DNA of 64,000 nt, taken from positions 6,616 to 70,615 of the forward strand of contig CAMNDT010000005.1 in the NCBI GenBank assembly GCA_946535705.1, in the 5' to 3' direction. Source of the DNA: an uncultured Prevotella sp. (lineage in GTDB: Bacteria; Bacteroidota; Bacteroidia; Bacteroidales; Bacteroidaceae). Below are positions 39,819 through 49,328 of this stretch, one piece after another; the first letter of the stretch is position 1, and each line of letters starts with the position of its first letter. The position numbers were made by a program, and so were the translations under genes. A model generated the notes under the pieces. The model did not search any database. It was not told where the DNA came from and saw only the letters and a program-made list of their open reading frames with translations.

Positions 39819-41294
39819 ATGACAATTACTATGATTATTGAGCTATTAGTAGTGCTTATGGCCTTATGGGTTGGTGCGCGCTACGGTTCATTAGCTCTCG
39901 GAGCAATATCCGGAATTGGACTTGCCGTACTTGTATTCTGTTTTCATTTAAAACCAGGAGAACCTCCTACTGATGTTATCTACATCATCATCGCTGCCGT
40001 GACCTGTGCTGGTATTCTTCAAGCGTCAGGTGGTATGGACTGGATGATACAAATAGCAGAGAAATTGCTACGAAAACATCCCGACCGTATCACTATCATG
40101 GCACCATTCACAACTTTTTTTCTAACAGTGCTTGTAGGTACAGGACATGTTGTATATACATTGATGCCTATTATTTGCGACATTGCATTAAAGAAAGGCA
40201 TTCGTCCTGAGCGCCCTTGCGGTATTGCATCTATTGCCTCACAGATAGGTATCACATGCTCTCCGATAGCTGCTGCTGTGGTTGCTTTCTCTGCCATATC
40301 AATAGAACATGGTTTCAACATTACTAATGTGCAGATTATCATGGTTACGATACCAGCCTGCGTCATTGGTATCCTTATGGCTGTGGCATATAGCTGGCAT
40401 CGCGGACTTGATCTAAATGCCGACCCTGCATTCCAAGCCAAGATAAAAGATCCTGTACAATATGCTTATATCTATGGCAGTACAGCAACGACTCTTGACA
40501 AACAAATATCTAAGGACAGCAAACGATCTGTATATATTTTCCTTGCTGCTCTCGTTGTGATTCTTATAATATCTCTATTAAAGATGTTTGGGGTAGAGAT
40601 TCTACCTGCCTATAGTACAGTGAAAGCCGTTGACGGTGCTCTTCCTGTAACACTTGCGAATGGTGTTACAATGACTGCAAAACAAATTGCATCTGCCGGA
40701 ATTGTTCTCGACGGAGTAACAAAAGCAGCAACAACACGCTTAACCATGAATGTGGTGATACAGATTATCATGATTATGGCTGCTGCGCTGATGATTATTT
40801 TCTGTAAAGCAAAACCAAAAGACGCAATACAAGGAGCAGTATGGCAGAATGGTATGGTGGCGGTAGTTGCTATATATGGAATCGCATGGATGAGTAACAC
40901 ATATTTCGAAAATTATAAACCCGAAATGCAGGCTATGCTCACCGACCTTGTATCAAATTATCCGTGGACAATAGCCATAGCCTTCTTCCTGGTATCAGTA
41001 TTAATAAATTCACAAGGTGCCGTTGTTGTAAGTATGCTTCCTCTTGCCTACTCTCTTGGCATCGAGGGATGGATACTCATAGGCGTTATGCCATCGGTAT
41101 ATGGCTATTTCTTCATTCCTAACTATCCATCAGATATTGCTACAGTAAACTTCGACCGATCGGGAACAACTATTATTGGCAAATATCTGCTTAACCACTC
41201 ATTCATGGCTCCAGGACTGATACATATCGTAACATCAACAATTGCCGGCATCGGCATTAGTTACGTTTTCCACTTTGTATTGGGACTGTATTAG
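39819..41294 (+). CDS. anaerobic C4-dicarboxylate transporter (DcuA/DcuB family)
   Basis: GTGHVVY, GIRPERP, SPIAAA, NFDRSGTT, NHSF. Confidence 0.9.
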   Translation: MTITMIIELLVVLMALWVGARYGSLALGAISGIGLAVLVFCFHLKPGEPPTDVIYIIIAAVTCAGILQASGGMDWMIQIAEKLLRKHPDRITIMAPFTTFFLTVLVGTGHVVYTLMPIICDIALKKGIRPERPCGIASIASQIGITCSPIAAAVVAFSAISIEHGFNITNVQIIMVTIPACVIGILMAVAYSWHRGLDLNADPAFQAKIKDPVQYAYIYGSTATTLDKQISKDSKRSVYIFLAALVVILIISLLKMFGVEILPAYSTVKAVDGALPVTLANGVTMTAKQIASAGIVLDGVTKAATTRLTMNVVIQIIMIMAAALMIIFCKAKPKDAIQGAVWQNGMVAVVAIYGIAWMSNTYFENYKPEMQAMLTDLVSNYPWTIAIAFFLVSVLINSQGAVVVSMLPLAYSLGIEGWILIGVMPSVYGYFFIPNYPSDIATVNFDRSGTTIIGKYLLNHSFMAPGLIHIVTSTIAGIGISYVFHFVLGLY

Positions 41295-41400
41295 AGAGTT
41301 GGAAGATTGGTGATTTAGTAGATTAGTGGTTTAGTAGATTAGTAGATTGGGAGATTGGAACATTGAACATTTACATATTCCAAGTTATTGTTTAGTTTAT
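41295..41400 (+). repeat. 8-bp degenerate tandem array (GATTAGTA-type) starting at the dcu stop codon
   Basis: gattggtg atttagta gattagtg gtttagta gattagta gattggga gattggaa. Confidence 0.75.
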
Positions 41401-41409
41401 TAGTTTAAC

Positions 41410-41441
41410 AAAACGGGGTGGCATAAAGCACCCCGTTTTTT
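41410..41441 (+). terminator. intrinsic terminator
   Basis: AAAACGGGGTG-gcataaag-CACCCCGTTTTTT. Confidence 0.85.
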
Positions 41442-41467
41442 ATGGCATTTAATAACTATTTTTTAGC

Positions 41468-41720
41468 TTACTTTGGCTTCGCCGAAGATACAATGCACTC
41501 GGAAAAGCGCAAATAAATTTGGCTTTCCTCTCGTTTTTTAGTATCTTTGCGCTCCAAGGGTGCGAAGTTACTTCGTTTCGGCATAAAAAAAAGAATGAAT
41601 TCTTTTTGTTCTGCACTCAACTTTTCGTAACTTTGGCACTTTGCCGAATTTACTTCGTCTCGGAAATGAAAATAAAAGCAAGCTTTAATTTTGTATTTCT
41701 CTCGACTTTTCGTAACTTTG
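41468..41720 (+). repeat. three tandem 74-86-bp units, each ending in a -7 promoter box
   Basis: TATCTTTG 41542, TAACTTTG 41628, TAACTTTG 41713; units run CGAAGTTAC..TCGG-[A/T hairpin]-CTC..TTTT.GTAACTTTG. Confidence 0.85.
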
Positions 41721-41754
41721 CCGGGAAAAAGAAAAAATCAACATATATATAAAT

Positions 41755-43320
41755 ATGAGTAAGCAAGTTGAAAAGATTAAAGAGCTGATTGCTAAGCGTG
41801 AGCAGGCTCGTCTTGGAGGTGGTGAGAAAGCTATCGAAAAGCAGCACGCACGTGGCAAATACACAGCTCGTGAGCGTATCGAAATGCTCGTTGATGAAGG
41901 TAGTTTTGAAGAATATGATATGTTCAAGCTCCACCGTTGTCACAACTTCGGAATGGAGAAGAAGCAGTATCTTGGTGATGGTGTTGTAGCTGGTTCTGCA
42001 ACTATCGCTGGTCGTTTGGTATATGTTTACGCGCAGGATTTCACTGTAAACGGTGGTTCTCTCTCAGAAACCATGAGCCAGAAGATTTGCAAAGTAATGG
42101 ATATGGCCATGAAGATGGGTGCTCCTGTTATCGGTATGAACGACTCAGGTGGTGCACGTATTCAGGAAGGTATTTCTTCTCTCGCTGGCTATGGTGAGAT
42201 TTTCGAGCGCAACATCCTTGCTTCAGGTGTTATCCCACAGATTTCAATGATTATGGGGCCTTGTGCAGGTGGTGCAGTTTATTCTCCTGCCCTCACCGAC
42301 TTCATTCTTATGACAGAAGGAATCTCGTATATGTTCCTTACAGGTCCTAAGGTTGTAAAGACTGTTACTGGTGAGGATATTGATGCTGAGCACCTTGGTG
42401 GCGCTTCTGTTCACGCAAGCAAGAGTGGTGTAACTCACTTCACTGCGAAGACTGAGGAAGAGGCTTTCGAGCTTATCAAAACTCTGCTTTCATACTTGCC
42501 ATCTAACAACACAGAAGAGGCTCCACGCGTAGAATGCAATGATCCTATTGACCGTAAGGAAGATCTCTTGAACGAGATTATCCCTGAGGATCCAAACCAG
42601 GCATATGATATGTATAAGGTTATAAGCGCTGTTACCGATAACGGTGAGTTCTTCGAGGTTCAGCCTAAGTTTGCCAAGAACATCATCACTGGTTTTGCAC
42701 GCTTTAATGGTCAGAGCGTTGGTATTGTTGCCAACCAGCCTTCAGCTTATGCTGGTGTACTTGACGTAAATGCAAGTCGCAAGGGCGCACGTTTCGTTCG
42801 TTTCTGCGATGCTTTCAATATTCCAATCGTATCTCTTGTTGACGTTCCAGGATTCCTTCCTGGTACAGGTCAGGAGTACAATGCTGTTATCCAGCACGGA
42901 GCACAGCTTCTCTATGCTTATGGCGAAGCTACAGTTCCAAAGATCACAATCACCCTCCGCAAGAGCTATGGTGGTAGCCACATCGTAATGGGTTGCAAGC
43001 AGCTTCGCTCAGACCTTAACTTTGCTTGGCCATCAGCTGAGATTGCTGTTATGGGTGCAAGTGGTGCTGTTGCCGTTCTTGCAGCTAAGGAGGCAAAAGC
43101 TATTAAGGAACAGGGTGGCGATGTTAAGGCATTCCTTGCTGAGAAAGAAGAAGAATACACAGACCTCTTCGCTAATCCATATCAGGCAGCACAGTTCGGC
43201 TACATTGATGATGTTATCGAACCTCGCAACACACGTTTCCGTATCTGCCGCGGTTTGGCTCAACTCGCAACCAAACGCGAAACTATTCCAGCCAAGAAAC
43301 ACGCATGTATGCCAATGTAA
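41755..43320 (+). CDS. acyl-CoA carboxyltransferase (MmdA/PccB family)
   Basis: GKYTARERI, NDSGGARIQEG, GPCAGGAVYSPA, DVPGFLPG, RKSYGG. Confidence 0.92.
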   Translation: MSKQVEKIKELIAKREQARLGGGEKAIEKQHARGKYTARERIEMLVDEGSFEEYDMFKLHRCHNFGMEKKQYLGDGVVAGSATIAGRLVYVYAQDFTVNGGSLSETMSQKICKVMDMAMKMGAPVIGMNDSGGARIQEGISSLAGYGEIFERNILASGVIPQISMIMGPCAGGAVYSPALTDFILMTEGISYMFLTGPKVVKTVTGEDIDAEHLGGASVHASKSGVTHFTAKTEEEAFELIKTLLSYLPSNNTEEAPRVECNDPIDRKEDLLNEIIPEDPNQAYDMYKVISAVTDNGEFFEVQPKFAKNIITGFARFNGQSVGIVANQPSAYAGVLDVNASRKGARFVRFCDAFNIPIVSLVDVPGFLPGTGQEYNAVIQHGAQLLYAYGEATVPKITITLRKSYGGSHIVMGCKQLRSDLNFAWPSAEIAVMGASGAVAVLAAKEAKAIKEQGGDVKAFLAEKEEEYTDLFANPYQAAQFGYIDDVIEPRNTRFRICRGLAQLATKRETIPAKKHACMPM

Positions 43321-43334
43321 AAAAATAAAATGCT

Positions 43335-43484
43335 ATGGATAAAAACGTGTATGCAGCAATAGCTATGGCTCTTTTTGAGTTCGAAGGCAATAATGTCCAC
43401 GACAAAGAGCCTGGCTTTATCACTATCAAAGAGCGTCACACTCTTTGGAACGCAAAGGTTCTCGGTTTTACACAGAAACCTTAA
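43335..43484 (+). CDS. 49-aa protein resembling the soluble C-terminal tail of OadG/MmdD (delta) subunits
   Basis: Not in ORF track; MDKNVYAAIAMALFEFEGNNVHDKEPGFITIKERHTLWNAKVLGFTQKP, between carboxyltransferase and biotin carrier. Confidence 0.75.
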   Translation: MDKNVYAAIAMALFEFEGNNVHDKEPGFITIKERHTLWNAKVLGFTQKP

Positions 43485-43538
43485 GTGATACTAAGAATTT
43501 ATTGATTAGCGTTTGAACGCTATAAAAGTATTAAGAAA

Positions 43539-43967
43539 ATGAAAGAATTCAAATACACCATCGATGGTAAAGAATACAAAGTTACCATCGGCGACATTGA
43601 TGAGAACAATGTAGCTGCCGTAAATGTAAACGGCGACGACTACAAGGTTCAGCTCGAAAAGAAGGAAGAGCCAAAGAAAGAAAAGCCAGTATTGGGCAAG
43701 CCTGTAGCAGCTGAAAGCGAATCTGAAGCTGCACCTACAGCAAACGTAAACACCAATAACGCCATCAAGGCTCCACTGCCTGGAACAATTACAGGTATCG
43801 AGGTAGAAGTTGGTCAGGAAGTTAAGGCTGGCGATACACTTGTTGTTCTCGAGGCTATGAAGATGGCTAATAATATCGAAGCAGAGAAAGACGGTAAGGT
43901 GACCGCTATCTGCGTTAAGGTAGGTCAGGCCGTACTCGAGGAAGATGCGCTGGTGGTAGTGGAATAA
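43539..43967 (+). CDS. biotin carboxyl carrier protein (MmdC-like)
   Basis: LEAMKMANNI biotinylation motif, APLPG. Confidence 0.92.
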   Translation: MKEFKYTIDGKEYKVTIGDIDENNVAAVNVNGDDYKVQLEKKEEPKKEKPVLGKPVAAESESEAAPTANVNTNNAIKAPLPGTITGIEVEVGQEVKAGDTLVVLEAMKMANNIEAEKDGKVTAICVKVGQAVLEEDALVVVE

Positions 43968-43992
43968 TAGATCTCACTTCGTTCGCTCAATT

Positions 43993-44640
43993 AATAATGA
44001 GTAGCTAATAATGAGTAATGAGTAATGAGTAATGAATTATGAATGAAAATGAAAGTTAGTAATGAATAATGAAAATTATTATTGACGAATAGAGCTTATA
44101 TTTAGAAAGCAACAATTACCCAATAATGAAAAATGAGTAATGTTTCCATTACTCATTTTTCATTTAAAACGAATAATAAAATGAAAAACATAATACTTGA
44201 AAAAACAGAAGAATTTGGAAAGAAAATATCTCGTCTTAATATTTATCTGATAAAAAAGAAACACGAATATACACGATCAGACCAAATATTAAGAAGTGGA
44301 ACAAGTATAGGTGCAAATGTAACGGAAGGTACTTACGCTCAATCACATGCGGATTTTATCAGCAAAATGAGCATTGCATTCAAAGAGGCTCAAGAAACAA
44401 AATATTGGCTTAATATATTGTATGATTCACAGTTTATTACAACAGACGAATATACCTCATTATTGAATGACAATATGGACATAATAAGAATATTAGCCAG
44501 TATTCTCAAATCAGCCAAAAATAAAAGCGAAAAAAAATAATGAGTAACGGTCTCTCCCCCATTACCCATTATTCAATATAAATTAACTAAAAGCGCTGCG
44601 CACTTCATTACTCATTACTCATTATTCTTTACTCATTATT
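43993..44640 (+). mobile_element. putative cassette: four-helix-bundle gene between inverted AATGAGT heptamer arrays
   Basis: Left arm 43993-44036 vs right arm 44604-44640 (~37-bp IR, 3 mismatches plus one extra unit); inner hairpins 44125-44164 and ~44536-44573. Confidence 0.65.
44181..44540 (+). CDS. four helix bundle protein (TIGR02436 / 23S rRNA-IVP family)
   Basis: QILRSGTSIGANVTEG..AQS.ADFISKMSIAFKEAQETKYWL signature; visibly AT-richer than neighbours. Confidence 0.92.
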   Translation: MKNIILEKTEEFGKKISRLNIYLIKKKHEYTRSDQILRSGTSIGANVTEGTYAQSHADFISKMSIAFKEAQETKYWLNILYDSQFITTDEYTSLLNDNMDIIRILASILKSAKNKSEKK

Positions 44641-44658
44641 ATAATATCGGATTCGATA

Positions 44659-45003
44659 TTATAATCTGTTGTTTTCTTTTGGAAAAACAATACTTGGCTT
44701 AAAGCTCTTTGCATCTTCGAAATCCATAATGGCATAAGAGATGATTATCACAGTGTCTCCAACAAGCACTTGACGTGCAGCTGCACCATTAAGGCAAATG
44801 CAACCTGAGCCTCTCTCTCCTGCTATAATATAAGTTTCAAAACGATTGCCATTATTATTATCCACAATCTGCACTTTCTCGCCAGCAATCATGTTGGCTG
44901 CATCAAGAAGGTCTGCATCAATAGTGATGCTACCCATATAATTAATGTTTGCCTCTGTTACAGTGGCACAATGAATCTTACTTTTTAATACCTCTATCTG
45001 CAT
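44659..45003 (-). CDS. panD: aspartate 1-decarboxylase
   Basis: [13 protein letters not shown] (G-S self-cleavage), RFETY, LNGAAAR. Confidence 0.96.
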   Translation of the reverse strand: MQIEVLKSKIHCATVTEANINYMGSITIDADLLDAANMIAGEKVQIVDNNNGNRFETYIIAGERGSGCICLNGAAARQVLVGDTVIIISYAIMDFEDAKSFKPSIVFPKENNRL

Positions 45004-45860
45004 TATCCCTTATACTTTATATGATCTATCAAACGGATAGGAGTCTTACCACAATATACCGTGATACATCCCACCACATAATCACTATCGTTCCAATCAG
45101 AAACTGCCTGAAGAGTGTTTCCATCGACTATCTCGAAATATTCCACTTCAAGACCTTCAACAGCATTAATGTCAGAAACGACCTTATCATGGGTTTCTTT
45201 CACACCATTCTCCTTTGCAAAAGCAACGCTTTCTTTCAAAGCCTTATATATATTAGGAGCAATCTTGCGCTCATCATCAGCAAGAAGAGTGTTGCGACTG
45301 CTCTTTGCCAGACCATCCTCATCACGAATAATCTCGCATTCAACAATCTGCAGCTTATCCTGCATTCCGATAAACTTAACAAGTTGTTTAACAACAGCAA
45401 TCTGCTGCCAATCCTTTTCACCAAAATAGGCGCGATCTGGACGAACTATATAGAACAAACGACTAACAACCTGACACACACCATTAAAGTGTCCAGGGCG
45501 CTTAGCACCCTCCATAACAGTAGATACCGGTGGAAATTCAAAATGACGATTGTCAGCAACTGGATACATTTCCTCTACTGATGGAGCAAAACAATAGTCG
45601 GCACCACAAGCATCCAAAAGTTTGCAATCAGCTTCCAATGTACGAGGGTAACGATCCAAATCACCCTGATCGTTAAACTGGGTAGGATTCAGAAAAACAG
45701 AAACAACAGTAACATCATTCTCTTTGACACTACGCTTTACCAACGACGCATGGCCTTCATGAAGGGCGCCCATAGTAGGAACAAGTCCTACACTCTTCCC
45801 CTCTTTTCTAATATCAAATAATTCATTCTGAAGGTCAACAATCTTTTTGATTATCTTCAT
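45003..45860 (-). CDS. panC: pantoate--beta-alanine ligase
   Basis: [36 protein letters not shown]. Confidence 0.96.
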   Translation of the reverse strand: MKIIKKIVDLQNELFDIRKEGKSVGLVPTMGALHEGHASLVKRSVKENDVTVVSVFLNPTQFNDQGDLDRYPRTLEADCKLLDACGADYCFAPSVEEMYPVADNRHFEFPPVSTVMEGAKRPGHFNGVCQVVSRLFYIVRPDRAYFGEKDWQQIAVVKQLVKFIGMQDKLQIVECEIIRDEDGLAKSSRNTLLADDERKIAPNIYKALKESVAFAKENGVKETHDKVVSDINAVEGLEVEYFEIVDGNTLQAVSDWNDSDYVVGCITVYCGKTPIRLIDHIKYKG

Positions 45861-46080
45861 CTCGATCTAAATTAAAAACAACAAAGTAGAAAACAATAAA
45901 TCTATTGCTATTTCGCTTCGTTCATAAGTTTGAGGTTGCAAAATAACAACTTTTTTCTTAAATAAAAAAGATTTATTTTAAAAATATGCGAATTAGTGTC
46001 TTATTTTTAATGCTTTTCTAAAGAAATGACTCTCTTTTCATAGTTTTTTTGTACCTTTGCATTGTTATAATTTCAGAAAT

Positions 46081-46887
46081 ATGGCAAAGAAAGTATTGTT
46101 CATCAACCAGGAGATTACTCCTTACGTACCAGAAACCGAAATGTCAGTGATGGGAAGAGAACTCCCACAAAAGGCACAGGAAGCAGGATACGAGATCCGC
46201 ACATTCATGCCTAAATGGGGAACTATCAACGAAATCAGAGGTCAGCTCCATGAAGTGATTCGCCTTTCAGGTTTGAATCTCATCATCGACGAAACAGACC
46301 ATCCTTTGATCATCAAAGTGGCTTCTATTCCACAATCAAGAATACAGGTATATTTCATCGACAATGAAGACTATTTCTGCAAGCACAAAGCTGGTGAAGA
46401 ACCAGAAGACGACTATGCCGACAACGGCGAGCGCGCCATCTTCTTTGCCCGTGGCGTACTTGAAACAGTGAAGAAACTACGCTGGACACCAGACATCATA
46501 GTATGCCAAGGCTGGATGGGAGCAGTAATACCACTCTACGTAAAAACTGCATATCACGATGAGCCTTCGTTTGCCAACGCAAAGGTAATCACCTCACTCT
46601 TCTCTGATCAGCTAAAAGGCGAACTTGGTACTAACTTCAAGAATTGTCTTGAGTTCCGTGAAGCAAAAGCATCAATCCTCAAAGACTATAATGATAAGTT
46701 TGATTTCTTAGAGCTTGGCAAGCTTGCGCTCGATTATAGCGATGGTGTTATCGAAGCAACCGAAAACATAAACAAAGAACTCGTTGACTATGCTAACAAC
46801 AAAAAGATTCCATATCTCAAATATCAGGGAGCTGACTATATGGACGCATACAGCAAGTTCTTCGAAGAAATAAGCCCTGAAGAATAA
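46081..46887 (+). CDS. glycogen/starch synthase-like protein (short Bacteroidetes type)
   Basis: IRTFMPKWG, QLHEVIRLSG, VYFIDNEDYF, RAIFFARGVLETVKKLRW; adjacent to panC. Confidence 0.8.
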   Translation: MAKKVLFINQEITPYVPETEMSVMGRELPQKAQEAGYEIRTFMPKWGTINEIRGQLHEVIRLSGLNLIIDETDHPLIIKVASIPQSRIQVYFIDNEDYFCKHKAGEEPEDDYADNGERAIFFARGVLETVKKLRWTPDIIVCQGWMGAVIPLYVKTAYHDEPSFANAKVITSLFSDQLKGELGTNFKNCLEFREAKASILKDYNDKFDFLELGKLALDYSDGVIEATENINKELVDYANNKKIPYLKYQGADYMDAYSKFFEEISPEE

Positions 46888-46897
46888 TCATAAATCT

Positions 46898-48328
46898 ATG
46901 AAATTAAAATCCCTTGCAAGTATAGCACTTGTAGCATGCACATTTGTAGCCTGTGACGATACCACAGAAGGCATCGGCACATCACTCACAGACAACGCTG
47001 ACAAACTGAGCGTGTCAACAGCCACCTTCACGGCGTCAACAAAATCTGTTATGGCTAACTCTGTTCTCTCGCGTAATCTTTATGGCTACCTTGGCAAAAT
47101 CAAGGACCCAGAAACAAATAGTTACCTCATTGGTAACTATATGACCCAGTTTCACTCACGCAGTAACTTCTCTATGCCAGATCAAAGCAAAGTAGGCAAA
47201 GAAGACGGAAAAGTTGTTGCTGACTCTGTGAAACTCGTTCTCTTTTACAATGTTGAATATGGAGATTCTCTTGCCCCTATGCAACTAACAGTAAAAGAGT
47301 TGTCTAAGCCTGTTGCCGACAATAAAGACTACTATGCAGACTTTGATCCTGAAAAAGAAGGATATATCCGTGAGAACGGCATCAAACTATCACAAAGCTA
47401 TACCCTTAAGGATATGACTGCCGCAAAGCCATCAGCTTCAGACAGCATTATTATCCGTCTTGACAAGCCATATACTGATAAAAACGGAAATACATACAAC
47501 AACTTTGGTAGTTATGTAATTCAACAGTATTTTGCTGACCCTTCAAACTTCACAAATGCATATAAGTTTACCAAGAACATTGTGCCAGGATTCTATTTCA
47601 AGCACCAAGAGGGATTGGGTAGCATGGCTAAGATATTCAACACACAGCTCAACATTTATTATCATTATACAGAAAAACTGAGCAATAATAAAGACACAAC
47701 ATACGTTGGCTTAGCTGACTTTATGTCAACAGATGAGGTAGTGCTTACAAATAACTTCATCAACGACAAGGAAGCTCTTCAAACACTTGTAAAAGACAAC
47801 AGCTGTACTTATTTGAAAACCCCTGCAGGTATCTTCACTGAGGTTGAACTTCCTGTTGACGAAATTATGAAGGGACACGAAAACGATACCCTCAACTCTG
47901 TAAAGATAGAGTTTAATCGCATCAATGACACATATCAGGGAAAATATCCTATTAGTGCTCCAAAAACACTGTTGATAATTCCAGCTGATAGTATTCAGTC
48001 TTTCTTTGCATCGCATAGTCTTCCTGACTATAAGAAATCATACATTGCCTATGCAAATAATAACCTCTATACATTCAATAACATAGAGGGACTCGTTAAA
48101 GCAATGTATAATGCAAAAGAGAAGGCTGTAAAGACAGGGAACCTAAGTGAAAACTGGAACAAAGCTGTATTAGTGCCTGTAGAATACTCTACTGTAACTG
48201 TACAGTACACAACATACCCCACTAATCTCTGTCATTACATGGGCATTTCAAGCGCTCGTCTCAAAGGTGGTAAGGATGCAGTAAAAGTATCTGTCATATA
48301 TAGTAAGTTTGCCAATAAAGAAAACTAA
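46898..48328 (+). CDS. lipoprotein (DUF4270-like)
   Basis: FVAC lipobox; YLGKIKDP, YLKTPAGIFTE; follows the glgA-like gene. Confidence 0.7.
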   Translation: MKLKSLASIALVACTFVACDDTTEGIGTSLTDNADKLSVSTATFTASTKSVMANSVLSRNLYGYLGKIKDPETNSYLIGNYMTQFHSRSNFSMPDQSKVGKEDGKVVADSVKLVLFYNVEYGDSLAPMQLTVKELSKPVADNKDYYADFDPEKEGYIRENGIKLSQSYTLKDMTAAKPSASDSIIIRLDKPYTDKNGNTYNNFGSYVIQQYFADPSNFTNAYKFTKNIVPGFYFKHQEGLGSMAKIFNTQLNIYYHYTEKLSNNKDTTYVGLADFMSTDEVVLTNNFINDKEALQTLVKDNSCTYLKTPAGIFTEVELPVDEIMKGHENDTLNSVKIEFNRINDTYQGKYPISAPKTLLIIPADSIQSFFASHSLPDYKKSYIAYANNNLYTFNNIEGLVKAMYNAKEKAVKTGNLSENWNKAVLVPVEYSTVTVQYTTYPTNLCHYMGISSARLKGGKDAVKVSVIYSKFANKEN

Positions 48329-48333
48329 TTTCT

Positions 48334-48462
48334 ATGGCTGATAATTTTCTGGAACGTCAACGTCGCGACTACGAAGCACGTAAACAAGAGTGGTTACGTA
48401 AGAAAAAACGATTTCCAATAATAAAGCCACATCTTGAAAAACCCGAAGACGAAGCGCTGTAG
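48334..48462 (+). CDS. 42-aa small charged protein
   Basis: Not in ORF track; MADNFLERQRRDYEARKQEWLRKKKRFPIIKPHLEKPEDEAL, 5 nt after previous stop, followed by a terminator-like hairpin. Confidence 0.65.
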   Translation: MADNFLERQRRDYEARKQEWLRKKKRFPIIKPHLEKPEDEAL

Positions 48463-48567
48463 TTGCAAGATTCTCTTTAAATAAGAAATCAACATAAAAA
48501 ATATCTCCCTCATCAGTATCTTTATTCTATAACAATGCGATAAGTTGCTGATTGAGGGTTTTTCATT

Positions 48568-48756
48568 ATGAAATATCCAAGAAACATACGTAAGTATCTT
48601 GATCTCCCTGCAGTATATGCGGGAGTGTTAATACTCATTATCAGTTATGTAACCGGGTGGTCTAACCACAACTGGATACTACTCCTCGGGCTTATATGTA
48701 TTATAGTTGGTATATGTTTTTATATATATAATAGCAAAAAACAAAGCAAATATTAA
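48568..48756 (+). CDS. small 2-TM membrane protein
   Basis: 62 aa, two hydrophobic helices, 5 nt before NUDIX start. Confidence 0.6.
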   Translation: MKYPRNIRKYLDLPAVYAGVLILIISYVTGWSNHNWILLLGLICIIVGICFYIYNSKKQSKY

Positions 48757-48761
48757 ATCAT

Positions 48762-49328
48762 ATGCGTACAGACAAAGAACTAGAATGGAATACTATCGAA
48801 GAAAAGTACCTGATTAAAAGACGCTGGCTAACAGCAAAAGTGGAAAAGGTGCAACTCCCCGACGGACGAATATATGATGAATACTACACTTTAGAATATC
48901 CTGACTGGATAAACGTGATAGCCATTACCAAAGATGGAAAGATGATCCTTGAGAAACAATGGCGACATGCCCAACGAGTTGTTTCTACAGAAATTCCTGC
49001 TGGAGTAATAGAAAAAGGAGAAGAACCATTAGCAGCAGCAAAGCGTGAGCTACAAGAGGAAACTGGTTTCGGTGGAGGAACATGGAGCGAGTTTATGGTT
49101 CTATCGCCTAATCCTGGCTCTATGAATAACCATAGTCACACATTTTTGGCAGAAGGGGTAGAAAAGATTTCAGACACACACCTTGACGAAACAGAAGACA
49201 TTGAAGTGTTTTTCCGCTCACAGGAAGAGGTTTACGAAATGTTAAAGAACGGAGAATTCTGTCAGGCTCTCATGGCAGCACCTCTATGGAAATACTTTGC
49301 GACAAAAAAAATTGTTGATCAGCATTGA
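48762..49328 (+). CDS. NUDIX hydrolase (ADP-ribose pyrophosphatase-like)
   Basis: Nudix box GVIEKGEEPLAAAKRELQEETG. Confidence 0.92.
   Translation: MRTDKELEWNTIEEKYLIKRRWLTAKVEKVQLPDGRIYDEYYTLEYPDWINVIAITKDGKMILEKQWRHAQRVVSTEIPAGVIEKGEEPLAAAKRELQEETGFGGGTWSEFMVLSPNPGSMNNHSHTFLAEGVEKISDTHLDETEDIEVFFRSQEEVYEMLKNGEFCQALMAAPLWKYFATKKIVDQH

Noticed and set aside
41519-41943. ORFs at 41519-41752, 41650-41943 and 41685-41927, and the extended fabD N-terminus from 13026
   Set aside because: Read-through of the ~80-bp repeat units or antisense to the carboxyltransferase.
44181-44540. Diversity-generating retroelement suggested by the Avd-like fold
   Set aside because: No reverse transcriptase and no template/variable repeat pair seen in the window.
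46081-46887. Half-length glycogen synthase as a pseudogene
   Set aside because: A short GlgA-like protein beside panC and a DUF4270-like lipoprotein is a recurring Bacteroidetes arrangement.
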